Of a DNA stretch of 64,000 nt, positions 18,714 to 27,965 are shown one piece after another. Position numbers and translations under genes: made by a program. Source of the DNA: a virus; the IMG/VR virus record IMGVR_UViG_3300004369_000011, positions 8,081 to 72,080 of that record; one strand, given 5' to 3'. The notes under the pieces were generated by a model, which searched no databases, was not told where the DNA came from, and saw only the letters and a program-made list of their open reading frames with translations. Numbering within the stretch: the stretch's first letter is position 1; each line of letters starts with the position of its first letter.

Positions 18714-20222
18714 ATGACTTCTAGACGCGGCCTTATCTATTCCGGCGGTTTTATTAGTGAAGCGTCGGATCAAGATGTTATACCTATTGTCGGTGATTTA
18801 ATTGCCGGTAGTGGACTTGGAAATCGATTATTTTCGCTTGGGCAAAATGATTTTGTTCAAATACTTGTCTCAGCACAATCTTCAGGATTAATTTATACAC
18901 CTGAGGGTACTTTAAGTCTAGACGGATCCGATATAAATCTTTCTGAACGAGCATTTGCTTCGGGTAATGCGGCTATTGTTTTGGCTGATACCTCTGTGGC
19001 TTCCGGAGACGCCGCAAATTTTTTAAGTAAGGAAGCACTAGCTTCAGGTAATGCCGCTCTTGTAACAGCTTTTGATGCTTTTAATACTTCTCAAACGGCT
19101 GTAGCGTTAACTTTTATAGCACAAGCTTCAGGAAACGCTGCTCTTCTTTCAACTCAAGAGGCTTTAAGTTCTGGAAATTTAGCATTGAATGACACCTTTG
19201 CTGCGGTGTCTTCTGGAAATTTTGCTGTACAAGCTGCGAACACTGCGGCCCTGTCGGGGTCTCAAGCAGTATTTATTGCAGATTCTGCTCAAACTTCCGG
19301 AAATGCGGCTTTATTTGATTTAACCGCTGCTATTGCATCTGGAGCTTTTGCAGTTTTTGTTTCAAATACAGCTGTTTCAAGTGGAGTCGAAGCAGTTCTT
19401 ATTGCCTCATCCGCTTCTGCCTCCGGTGTCGAAGCAATTTTAGCTTCACAACAATCTTTACAAGCAGCTAATGCTGCTTTAATTCAAGCAAATGTTGCAT
19501 TTGCTTCTGGTAATTTAGCGGTGGAAGCTTCCGCTTTTGCCGTTGCTTCGGGCAACGCAGCTTTAAACGCTTCTTTTACAGCACAAGCCTCCGGCAACGC
19601 GGCGGTAACCAATTCAGTGCTTGCGGTAGATAAATCTACAGACGCTACGGGAAAAGCCGTATTTGTGCATATTGTTAGTGATGATGCAGTTGAGACAAGT
19701 CAAAAAGCACTAGCTTCTGGTGCTGCTGTACCGCCAATTTCTACAGCGGCAATCGCGTCTGGTCAAGCTTCTTATGCTTTTTCCTCTGCAGCACAAGCTT
19801 CCGGAAACGCAGCTTTGCTAGTTATACCTAATGCGCAAGCATCTGGTAATGTTTCTATTTTTAATTCGTTACAAGCTTTATCTTCGGGTAATGCCTCTTT
19901 ATCTGCTGTTTTTACTGCTCAACTATCGGGTAATGCAGCTTTATCTCTAGCTTCTACTGCATTTAGTTCTGGTAATTTTTCTATCGGAGCTTCCTTAACA
20001 GCGTTAGCTTCTGGTAACGAGGCAGTACTTTATTCTAGTACTGCTCAATTAAATTCCAATCAAGCTATTTCTTCTGGTTTGTACGTTACTTTATCCGGTA
20101 ATGAGGCGTTGAGCGACAGCGTGGAGGCCTTAGCTTCTGGGAACGCAGCTTTAGAGTTAATTGCGGGCAACCCTCCTATTAACGCAGATAGCATACTAGG
20201 TTTAGTATTTGCGATAAGTTGA
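18714..20222 (+). CDS. Paralogous fibre protein with degenerate 14-aa ASGN repeats
   Basis: Same length (502 aa) and architecture as 17201. C-terminus LGLVFAIS. Confidence 0.7.
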   Translation: MTSRRGLIYSGGFISEASDQDVIPIVGDLIAGSGLGNRLFSLGQNDFVQILVSAQSSGLIYTPEGTLSLDGSDINLSERAFASGNAAIVLADTSVASGDAANFLSKEALASGNAALVTAFDAFNTSQTAVALTFIAQASGNAALLSTQEALSSGNLALNDTFAAVSSGNFAVQAANTAALSGSQAVFIADSAQTSGNAALFDLTAAIASGAFAVFVSNTAVSSGVEAVLIASSASASGVEAILASQQSLQAANAALIQANVAFASGNLAVEASAFAVASGNAALNASFTAQASGNAAVTNSVLAVDKSTDATGKAVFVHIVSDDAVETSQKALASGAAVPPISTAAIASGQASYAFSSAAQASGNAALLVIPNAQASGNVSIFNSLQALSSGNASLSAVFTAQLSGNAALSLASTAFSSGNFSIGASLTALASGNEAVLYSSTAQLNSNQAISSGLYVTLSGNEALSDSVEALASGNAALELIAGNPPINADSILGLVFAIS

Positions 20223-20286
20223 CCCGAATGGTTGAGCTTTATAACGGCACACGGAGAGACCTGACGCAAGCGTGGTTGAGGAGACT

Positions 20287-20417
20287 ATGGCAAGCTTTTT
20301 TAACGTCGCTACGGCTAATGTCGATACTGGCCCAGTTACGCTGCTCTTGCTTTAATTATTAATAACCCACCCGTGGACCAAGGTTCGTTTATTGGTCTGA
20401 TTATGGCTCTGAGTTAA
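20287..20417 (+). pseudogene. Chimeric remnant: 5' end of an adaptor-gene paralog joined out of frame to the 3' end of an ASGN-fibre paralog
   Basis: 20287 reads MASFFNVATANVDTGPVT (compare MATFYNRVVRNVDT at 21261). In another frame it continues AALALIINNPPVDQGSFIGLIMALS*. Confidence 0.65.
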
Positions 20418-20520
20418 AAGCCAGTCGTTTGTCTGTTTATTTTTTTTCGGCGCCCTTACTGAGCTATTTGTGGCATGCCTATAGTAGTATCAGTTGTTGG
20501 TTTATCTTAACTTAATTCTT

Positions 20521-21192
20521 ATGCACCCTGACATCACTAATACTCTTAATTATTGCCCAGAAGCATCTTTATCCTCGTTTATTAAGGAGTATGATGGTTA
20601 CTTTACTGATGACTTAGTTTCTCGGATACTGTCGGAGTACACCTACGACGACCCTTGTTATTGTGACTCTGGCATCAATCAAAATGGTTCTCACGATATT
20701 ACGACAAATCAGAGTATAAGGTCCTCTCGTACGTTGCTAATTTCCGCACCAGAGGTAAAAGCAAAAAACCCTTCTGTGCGAGAGAGTATCGATGCTGAAA
20801 TCTATAGTATTTTAAATAATGTTATTACTGAATATGTTAGTGACGTGATGCCTTTGGCCCGAGTTAGTGCCGACTCAGGCTATGAGCTGACCTCTTACGC
20901 AAAAGGCTCTTTTTTCAGAGAACATATCGATACGTTCTATCCTTCAGAATCTGCTCATTTATCTAGTATGGATATGGTTCTTGCAAGAGCCGCAGCTAGT
21001 AGGCAACTTTCTATTTCTATCCAATTAAACGAAGAATATGAGGGAGGTGAGTTAACTTTTTACGATAAAAAACACACAGTTACGAAGAAAAAAGGATTAA
21101 TAACTGTTTTTCCGTCGAACAACTTGTTTCCTCATCAAGTAACCCCCGTGGAAGCAGGTATTCGTTATTCAATTGTCACTTGGTTCTCCTGA
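20521..21192 (+). CDS. 2OG-Fe(II) oxygenase, prolyl-4-hydroxylase-like
   Basis: Y..G.FF.EHID...RQLSISIQLNEEYEGGEL.F...FPSN..FPH.VTPV..G.RYSIVTW. Confidence 0.9.
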   Translation: MHPDITNTLNYCPEASLSSFIKEYDGYFTDDLVSRILSEYTYDDPCYCDSGINQNGSHDITTNQSIRSSRTLLISAPEVKAKNPSVRESIDAEIYSILNNVITEYVSDVMPLARVSADSGYELTSYAKGSFFREHIDTFYPSESAHLSSMDMVLARAAASRQLSISIQLNEEYEGGELTFYDKKHTVTKKKGLITVFPSNNLFPHQVTPVEAGIRYSIVTWFS

Positions 21193-21260
21193 TTTTTTCT
21201 ACCCTTTCAGTAACGAGATCGGTTCTGCTAAGATTACTGTATTCATCGGTTGCGGGTCTT

Positions 21261-21581
21261 ATGGCCACGTTTTACAATCGTGTCGTCAGAAACGTGGACA
21301 CGGCCAAAATTGTAGCATTTCAGTCTTCTTCGGATAGTACCATCATCCTGAGCATGCTGTGTGCTAATACTGATGGAGCTAACAACGCTGACATCACGAT
21401 TCAGCAGGATGACGCTAGCAATACTGTCGAAGCATATGTCGCCTTTACACTCCCTGTCCCCGCTGACGCAAACGTTGATGCGATCAGTAATAAAATGATT
21501 CTGCCAAGCGGCAAAAAAATTGCTGTTTCTGCCAGCTCCAGTGGCAAGCTTGATGTGATTGTTAGCTATGTAGAGGTCTAA
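21261..21581 (+). CDS. Small beta-rich fibre adaptor/structural protein (MANTF.N-type family)
   Basis: MATFYN...TIILSMLCANTD...VPADA......K.IL..G.KI.V.AS....LDV.VSYVEV. Confidence 0.65.
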   Translation: MATFYNRVVRNVDTAKIVAFQSSSDSTIILSMLCANTDGANNADITIQQDDASNTVEAYVAFTLPVPADANVDAISNKMILPSGKKIAVSASSSGKLDVIVSYVEV

Positions 21582-21583
21582 TT

Positions 21584-22330
21584 ATGGGTCAGTCGAACTG
21601 GAGCGCTTCTTTATTTTATAAAGAGGACGCAGACCCCTTTTTCCTCCCTTACCGTTTCAAACTTCCAGATGGAAGTTCTAGATACGCTTCAGATTGTTCA
21701 CTCGAAGATATACATCTAGCAGGTTTTAAGGGGCCTGCGCCTCAGCCTCCTATTCCTTCTGAAGATACGTTAGAGGCCTCGTGGGACTCTAACTCAGAGT
21801 CATGGATTTTTACCCCTAAACAGAATATCTCAGCCGTGTTAGAGAGTAAGTTGTGTCTCGCTGATATTAAACAACGTCTAAAATATTGTATGCCAGATGG
21901 ACCTTTAGACGGTCCTGAAGAGTATAAAGAGGCTGTTTATAAATATAGAGGGCATCTCTTTACGCTACTTCATGAGTGTGAAGAACATGGTCATCTATTA
22001 ACTTACGGTGATTTAGCTTTCGAACCACCGGATGTTTCTATCGCTACTTGGGATAACGTAAAACAGAGGCAGATAAATTATTTTGAAACGGAAAAACATA
22101 ACCTTCGTTCCATTTACGAATCTCAGGGGGCTATCCCTTCTCCATCTAATGTTTTAGTGTCAGGTTTTTGGGAAGTTAATTCAGTCCCAGATGATTGGGT
22201 GCTGGGTTTTGGACCTATAGCAGCGTATACTCTTCAGAATAATATTATTCCACCCAGTGGGTATGAGATAGCCACGGTTCATATCGAGCCTTCGGGTTAT
22301 TACTACATAGTCCCGGCAGATTCTCCTTAA
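21584..22330 (+). CDS. Hypothetical tail-associated protein
   Basis: P..LP.R..L.DGS.R......EDI..AGF.GP...P...WD...W, recalled from cyanophage tail-assembly hypotheticals. Confidence 0.55.
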   Translation: MGQSNWSASLFYKEDADPFFLPYRFKLPDGSSRYASDCSLEDIHLAGFKGPAPQPPIPSEDTLEASWDSNSESWIFTPKQNISAVLESKLCLADIKQRLKYCMPDGPLDGPEEYKEAVYKYRGHLFTLLHECEEHGHLLTYGDLAFEPPDVSIATWDNVKQRQINYFETEKHNLRSIYESQGAIPSPSNVLVSGFWEVNSVPDDWVLGFGPIAAYTLQNNIIPPSGYEIATVHIEPSGYYYIVPADSP

Positions 22331-22395
22331 TTCGATTATTATCTAGGTAGTCCTTGCTCCGCTTTCTTTTTTCTTTACCCACCCGCTGCTGATCG

Positions 22396-23433
22396 ATGCC
22401 TAATAATAAAAAGATTGGAAATCAGACAGGTAGTGTTCCCCTACCTACTTCTCAGTCTGCTGGAGGTAGCTTCGTCTCTAATGAAGTTGCACGTTTCGTT
22501 GCTTTGAATCAGTGGCCTAAACCTTCGACTGGTTTAGTTACCTCGGCTGGTGATTATATTTTTGCACTATCCTCAGGTACTGTTACAGAGGCTAGTGGTG
22601 CCTATGGTTTCCTCGTTGCATACGGTAACGAAGTATCCCGAACGCTTTATCCGAGTCTTTTTGACCGAATTGGTACTAATTACGGCGACGGTAACGGCAC
22701 CACTACTTTTAACTTACCCGAGGTCTGGGGAGACTATGGGTACCTGAAAGGAGCCTCTACTCCCTCCGGTGTTACTCAATCTGGTTGTCTACCTTTTCAT
22801 ACTCATTCTATTAGTTGTAAAGTTACATATTCCACTCCTATATGGTTTGTTCCTCAGACAACCCCCAATCAGTCACGAACAATTTATACATCTTATGATG
22901 GTCAACGATCAAATGAAGGTGCTCACAAGGAGGTTGTCCCTCTTATTACTACTGCTGAAACCGTAGGGGTACCCGTTGGGTGTGCCATTCAGTTTTTCTT
23001 GCCTAGCACTGTTGCATCGCTAGCTGCTGTATTACCGGATTCTGTTCTTATTGCCAGTGGACAGGCAATTAGTCGTAATGGATATGATCTACTGTTTGAA
23101 AGATTAGGAACCACCTACGGTTCGGGCGACGGCTCCACAACATTTAATATTCCTGACCTTAGAGGGGTCTTCCTAAGGGCACCGTCTGCTGATAAGGCTG
23201 TGCAACCTTTACCGCATATTACTGGTTCAGGGTATGCGCTTTCCGCAACTATTAAACACGCCCATGCTTTTAGCGCTTACACAAACGACGTCGCTCAAGG
23301 TTCTGCCGGAGGCCCTGCTGGTGACGGTGAAATGACACCGCCTGCCTCGGGTCCCTCTAGTATCGGTGGATCCGAGTCCCGAGGACGCAATTTCCTCTGC
23401 TTAAATTGTATTGTTACTTCAGGTACTATTTAA
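22396..23433 (+). CDS. Tail collar domain protein (two collar domains)
   Basis: G..VSR..YP.LF..IGT.YG.GNG.TTFNLP and G..ISR..Y..LF..LGT.YG.GDGSTTFNIPDLRG.F.R. Confidence 0.9.
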   Translation: MPNNKKIGNQTGSVPLPTSQSAGGSFVSNEVARFVALNQWPKPSTGLVTSAGDYIFALSSGTVTEASGAYGFLVAYGNEVSRTLYPSLFDRIGTNYGDGNGTTTFNLPEVWGDYGYLKGASTPSGVTQSGCLPFHTHSISCKVTYSTPIWFVPQTTPNQSRTIYTSYDGQRSNEGAHKEVVPLITTAETVGVPVGCAIQFFLPSTVASLAAVLPDSVLIASGQAISRNGYDLLFERLGTTYGSGDGSTTFNIPDLRGVFLRAPSADKAVQPLPHITGSGYALSATIKHAHAFSAYTNDVAQGSAGGPAGDGEMTPPASGPSSIGGSESRGRNFLCLNCIVTSGTI

Positions 23434-23435
23434 TC

Positions 23436-23954
23436 ATGCTCGGTCAAGTCGTTTACTCCAGCTACTATCGCGGACTGTCGTACATCGACGGTACCAATAA
23501 ACAGTTTGTTTATTTAAACGGTCAAGTAATTGACCGTGCCACATTCCCCGTGTTAGATCCGTTCTTCGCTGCAGGAACTTACGGAAGCACCCTTTCGGAT
23601 ATCGTCCTTCCTGATCTTACTCATGTCTATTGGCGAGGTATCGATTTAGGGAGGGGGGCTGATGTAGATAAAGCATCTAGAATAACTACTTCCGGTACAG
23701 ACCCAACGGGAGATAACTTAGGTGCTTACCAAGATGCTGCCATGCTCCAGCATACTCATGCTAATGGTACGTGCCCTGATTACGGTAGTTTTATAAACGG
23801 AAGTAATTTTAGTAACGTTCGATTAACCGGCGGCACACGTGACACATCTAGTACTCCAGTTATTCAGGGGAGTGGTGTTTTTGCCTCTGGGACAGTCACA
23901 ACAAGTTTTGATCTCGCTTCTGTTACTTATTTTCCTTACTTAGGGGTCGATTAA
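23436..23954 (+). CDS. Tail collar domain protein
   Basis: LNGQ.I.R..FP.L...LPDL...Y.RG.D.GRG.D...G..Q......HTH. Confidence 0.8.
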   Translation: MLGQVVYSSYYRGLSYIDGTNKQFVYLNGQVIDRATFPVLDPFFAAGTYGSTLSDIVLPDLTHVYWRGIDLGRGADVDKASRITTSGTDPTGDNLGAYQDAAMLQHTHANGTCPDYGSFINGSNFSNVRLTGGTRDTSSTPVIQGSGVFASGTVTTSFDLASVTYFPYLGVD

Positions 23955-23964
23955 CTTAGTTGTA

Positions 23965-24549
23965 TTAGTAGAAGTTAAAAGAGATTGAGATACGCTCTTT
24001 TTCGTCCGTTGCCGGCGGCATTACGTAATGGAGTAAATGTCCTGGGAAGAAATATAATGAGTTAGCTTTTGGTATAGCTTCTACTGATGGGGGCTCTTGA
24101 TACCTAAGAGGGCTTGCTGTATCTGGGCGAATTACTGTAAGTGGGCCTGGGTCTTCTGGTACTTGAGCATAGTAAATGGCGATATATTTAGTTGCACCGT
24201 GGGCATGAGGCACATTAAATTGATTTTTTTCGTTTATGTTTACCCACCATTCGTAGGTACCGTTTAGTGGTGTCGATATACCTACAGCTCCGGGTACGAT
24301 GTTTTTACATATTTCGTTTACTGTGCTGACTAATTTTTTTAGTTCTGGTAAATCTGTTTTTGTAATTAACTTACTTTGCCAGCCTCCGATGTTGCTTAAT
24401 TTTCTACCTTCGGGATCTTCTTCTCTTAATGAGAGGCATTCTCGACTAATTGTTTCGCTATCGACTGTAGGCTCGCACAGCAGAATAAATTGAGGGAATA
24501 TGAAATCTACCAGGAGACTATCGGGACGTATAAGTTTTTGGTTTTCCAT
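23965..24549 (-). CDS. 2OG-Fe(II) oxygenase (TIGR02466-like)
   Basis: SNIGGWQS...W.NIN....FN.PH.H...YY..VP...FP..L.H.V......RISISFN. Confidence 0.85.
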   Translation of the reverse strand: MENQKLIRPDSLLVDFIFPQFILLCEPTVDSETISRECLSLREEDPEGRKLSNIGGWQSKLITKTDLPELKKLVSTVNEICKNIVPGAVGISTPLNGTYEWWVNINEKNQFNVPHAHGATKYIAIYYAQVPEDPGPLTVIRPDTASPLRYQEPPSVEAIPKANSLYFFPGHLLHYVMPPATDEKERISISFNFY

Positions 24550-24606
24550 AAAACGAACGGTCGCAGTAGCAGTATAATACTACAGCTCTTTATCTCTTTA
24601 CCTTAG

Positions 24607-25146
24607 GTGGCTGAACGGATCTTTCGTATTCGAAATGTTTTTAGCCAAGGTCAAATACAGAAAACTTTAGACCTTTTAGATGACTACAGGGAGAATCCCT
24701 TTAAACCAGGGTGGAAATTTACTACAGTTAGCTTCCCGGACTCCTCTAATGTTTTCTGGAACTTAGATCTTAAGCGAGATACGTTCTTTACTGAGGAATT
24801 ATTTACCACCATTAAAGAAACCATAGAAACAGAGTTTAATGAACTCGTTGAGTTGTATGATGTATATGCAAATGGACATACTGCTGGTTCGCGAGGTGAT
24901 ATGCATCGAGACGGTCCTGATAATTTCAGAACTTTTTTAATATACTGTAATCGAGAGTGGAATATTGAACATTGCGGAGGCACAGTATTTTTTGATGAGT
25001 ATAAGAACGACTACATAACACATCAATTTATTCCTTTTGACTGTATTTATTTTCACGCAAACGTTGAACATTTTTCACAAACAGTTTCACATAGCTTTAG
25101 AGGTTTACGTACCAGTATCGCCTTCAAACTTAAACTTGCTACCTAG
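24607..25146 (+). CDS. 2OG-Fe(II) oxygenase
   Basis: YANGHT.G..G..H.D...TFLIY.N.EW....GGT.F...H........R.SIAFKL. Confidence 0.85.
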   Translation: MAERIFRIRNVFSQGQIQKTLDLLDDYRENPFKPGWKFTTVSFPDSSNVFWNLDLKRDTFFTEELFTTIKETIETEFNELVELYDVYANGHTAGSRGDMHRDGPDNFRTFLIYCNREWNIEHCGGTVFFDEYKNDYITHQFIPFDCIYFHANVEHFSQTVSHSFRGLRTSIAFKLKLAT

Positions 25147-25787
25147 ATAGATATCCAAGTTCTGTCTTGCTTACAACTAGGATCATTGGTCTGTACCATC
25201 GGAAAACTAACAGAAAATCTTTTGGTTTGCGAAATAGCTAAATGAGGGTAGTATTTAGGTATTGTTATAGTATCTCCTGGACTGAGCACTTCATCTATTA
25301 AAACTTTTTCGTTTATTTTTAAATTACCTTGTTTATTTACATCTCTATTTTCTAACTTAGGCCAGACTTTAAACCGTGTCTTTCCTTCACACTGAACTAT
25401 ATAGTTGTCAGCATTATCCCAATGAATTCCAAAAGGATGTGCAGTCTCTGGGTTTAAACAGATGTATATGTGTGCGTCTGCCTGGCATTGATAAATTTCT
25501 TCCAGTTGTTTTGCTTTCTCGTTTAATTTTTTTGTAAATCTTGACGCATCTCGAAGATAGCAAACGTAATTCTCTAGCATTTTTTTTGATAAACTCGGCG
25601 GCCATGTATTAATGTCCGTTGTCCAACAATCATGAGGCCACTCTACCTCTGCGCTACCTAATACGACAAAACGCCCCGTGGTTATAAGTGGCCTCGTGTT
25701 AAAAATTACGCTTAATTCCTCTCTTGTAAGTAGATTTTTACAGTCTCCTCTTTTCAGGACTGGCCCTTCGATCTGCTTTGTTCCCAT
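25143..25787 (-). CDS. JmjC/cupin_4 (RoxA-like) oxygenase
   Basis: DAHIY....F..HWD.....VQ.EGK..FKVW...L.PGD...IP....H.A. Confidence 0.8.
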   Translation of the reverse strand: MGTKQIEGPVLKRGDCKNLLTREELSVIFNTRPLITTGRFVVLGSAEVEWPHDCWTTDINTWPPSLSKKMLENYVCYLRDASRFTKKLNEKAKQLEEIYQCQADAHIYICLNPETAHPFGIHWDNADNYIVQCEGKTRFKVWPKLENRDVNKQGNLKINEKVLIDEVLSPGDTITIPKYYPHLAISQTKRFSVSFPMVQTNDPSCKQDRTWISI

Positions 25788-25822
25788 CGTGGTAGTATAG
25801 CATCACTAAGTTTATTACATTC

Positions 25823-26416
25823 ATGGAGTCAGCTCTTGTTAAATCTTTAGGTAATACTTACAAGGTCTTACCTGAGTTTATTTCAGCAGAGACTGTAGAA
25901 AAAATTAAGACAAGTTTTTTCGATAGTTTGGCGGCTGGTGATAGTAGTTTTGGTGTTATTTCCCCAGAAGACGATTCCTGCGTTCGAAACGCTGTAGGTA
26001 TTTATATGCATAGTATGTCTGCTATAACGTTGTGCGATAAATTAAGCACTGTAAGTGAGATTACTGGTAGAGATTGTTTACCTTCTTATTGCTATACGCG
26101 TTTAACAAAAACAGGAGGCACCTTAAACAGCCACAGAGATAGGCCTTCTTGCGAAATGACCGTTAGTGTTCACATTAGTGGTGATGAACCTTGGTATTTA
26201 TCCGTAGAAAATATTGAAGGTAATATGGACGATATCTTATTAAACCCAGGGGATGCAGTCATTATGGATGGCTGCAATCATGAGCACATAAGGTTAGGTG
26301 AGTATAAAGGGACGGAGTATCTGCAAATGTGTCTTCACTATATATTCGTCGACGGTGAGTTTAAACAGTGGGTTTTTGATAGCCCTGCCTTGTTCGGGAT
26401 GTGTAATCGAATTTAA
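25823..26416 (+). CDS. 2OG-Fe(II) oxygenase (cyanophage type)
   Basis: LPSY.Y.R....G..L..H.DRPSCE..VS......W...L.PGDA....G...EH.R......Q..LHY. Confidence 0.85.
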   Translation: MESALVKSLGNTYKVLPEFISAETVEKIKTSFFDSLAAGDSSFGVISPEDDSCVRNAVGIYMHSMSAITLCDKLSTVSEITGRDCLPSYCYTRLTKTGGTLNSHRDRPSCEMTVSVHISGDEPWYLSVENIEGNMDDILLNPGDAVIMDGCNHEHIRLGEYKGTEYLQMCLHYIFVDGEFKQWVFDSPALFGMCNRI

Positions 26417-26469
26417 TTGAGACAGGTTGTTTATTTGAGTTAAACTTGTTTAAAGTTGCACACTTTTAG

Positions 26470-26910
26470 GTGGGCGATTCACTTGAACAGGACTTAGTTT
26501 TTTCTCTTAGTTGCCTTCAAAGACGGTCCGCCCGTAAGCGATTTCGAAAAGATATTCTTGATGCATGGGATAATCAGTGTGCTTACTGTGGAGACGGACG
26601 AGCCCACACATTGGATCACATAATCCCTAGAGCTAAAGGAGGTACAACCAAACGCGGTAATCTTTTAGCTTGTTGCCCTACCTGCAATCTGCACAAATCA
26701 GATAGCGAATGGATGACATGGTACAGATTACAAATTTTTTGGTGCGCAGAGAAGGAAGACGCTATATGGAATTGGTTAGCTTATAACCATGAATACAGTA
26801 TTGCGGCACGTGAGTACGAAAAAGCCTGCCAGGGTCCTCTTAGACTCCCAGCAGACTTAGAAATCATCGTTACTAGTGACTTAGACGAAGAAGTGGTTTT
26901 AACTGGCTAG
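26470..26910 (+). CDS. HNH endonuclease
   Basis: CAYCG....TLDHIIPRAKGG.....NL..CC..CN..K, with the motif intact. Confidence 0.9.
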   Translation: MGDSLEQDLVFSLSCLQRRSARKRFRKDILDAWDNQCAYCGDGRAHTLDHIIPRAKGGTTKRGNLLACCPTCNLHKSDSEWMTWYRLQIFWCAEKEDAIWNWLAYNHEYSIAAREYEKACQGPLRLPADLEIIVTSDLDEEVVLTG

Positions 26911-27090
26911 TTATTTTTTAGCAAGTTTGGTCACTAAACCCGCAAGCACTTCGAGTACTCGATAAAATTTGCCGTACAACTCGTTGTCGCGAGGAGTAGG
27001 AGTGGCGTTAATAATCGCCAGAGCTAGAAGATGAAGAGCGCCCCCGATAGCGACAATTTCAGTCCAGTGCGTGGCCAAGAAAGTGAGCAT
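26911..27090 (-). CDS. Putative holin/small membrane protein
   Basis: Hydrophobic helix followed by TPTP.DN....K.Y...E.LAG. Near the endolysin. Confidence 0.6.
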   Translation of the reverse strand: MLTFLATHWTEIVAIGGALHLLALAIINATPTPRDNELYGKFYRVLEVLAGLVTKLAKK

Positions 27091-27171
27091 AATTTTTCCG
27101 CGTATACACGAATTATACAAGCACTTACTAAGACAAAACCTTAATACAAACTATGAACAAAACTAATGAAA

Positions 27172-27516
27172 TTAAGAATCTTGTTCTGAAGCTTCTGTAG
27201 GTGAATAAAAAGGAGCTGTTAATCTGATTTCCCCACCGAGTAAACTCTGAGCGATTGAGTCATCAGGAGGTAACTCACTGTACAAGGGCTCAATATAATC
27301 TTTTTCTTCTTCGTCCCACAGCTTATGCAACTCCTGTACTTGTTTATCTACTTCGATCATCTCACGCTCGGCTCTGTAAGCACACCAGTCTTCGAAACAG
27401 TTTTTTAAAATTTGTTTTATCCACGGATTAGTTTTAAAGAACGCAGAGAACTCCTGTAAGAATAAAATTACTTCGTATATCAAGGCGTTTACTACGATGT
27501 ATTTTTGTTTCTCCAC
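27172..27516 (-). CDS. Hypothetical protein
   Basis: 114-aa ORF with GTG start. Confidence 0.55.
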   Translation of the reverse strand: MEKQKYIVVNALIYEVILFLQEFSAFFKTNPWIKQILKNCFEDWCAYRAEREMIEVDKQVQELHKLWDEEEKDYIEPLYSELPPDDSIAQSLLGGEIRLTAPFYSPTEASEQDS

Positions 27517-27562
27517 GGGTCAGCTAGAATTTGTATAAACAGGCTATCGCGCCCTCGTTGTT

Positions 27563-27961
27563 ATGGCTGAAGTTACTTTCAACCGGGAAGCCGGAGCAGC
27601 TCCTGCAGGCATTACCCGTTTTCGCCAGTTTCGCACCAGCGACGGTTCGAACGTAACCGTTAACAGCTTCCGTACCTTTGCAGGGGACGGACTCTATTCT
27701 CTTGCGGACGTGTATGAGATTACTTTTGGTACTACTGGCACGGCTTCTTTTTCCCTAGGAGCAGGGGCTTTCGCCGTCCGTGGTTACCGCGTGTATGACT
27801 CAACCGGTGTTTTAAAGGGGTCTGTTGAAAGCCCCAAAACTTCTCGTCGTACCACAGCAGATTTAAGTTACAGCGTAACTTCTGGCGATACCGCTACGGT
27901 TTATGTCGATCGGTCTGATCGCAGTCCTACCGAGTATCGTTTGACTGTATCGGCTGCTTGA
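27563..27961 (+). CDS. Putative structural beta-sandwich protein
   Basis: T/S/G-rich beta pattern. TAGAAT box upstream. Confidence 0.55.
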   Translation: MAEVTFNREAGAAPAGITRFRQFRTSDGSNVTVNSFRTFAGDGLYSLADVYEITFGTTGTASFSLGAGAFAVRGYRVYDSTGVLKGSVESPKTSRRTTADLSYSVTSGDTATVYVDRSDRSPTEYRLTVSAA

Positions 27962-27965
27962 CCTT

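Noticed and set aside
17440-20160. Possible CRISPR array or DGR-like repeats
   Set aside because: The 42-nt periodicity is protein-coding with synonymous variation. There are no identical repeats with unique spacers and no cas or reverse transcriptase gene.
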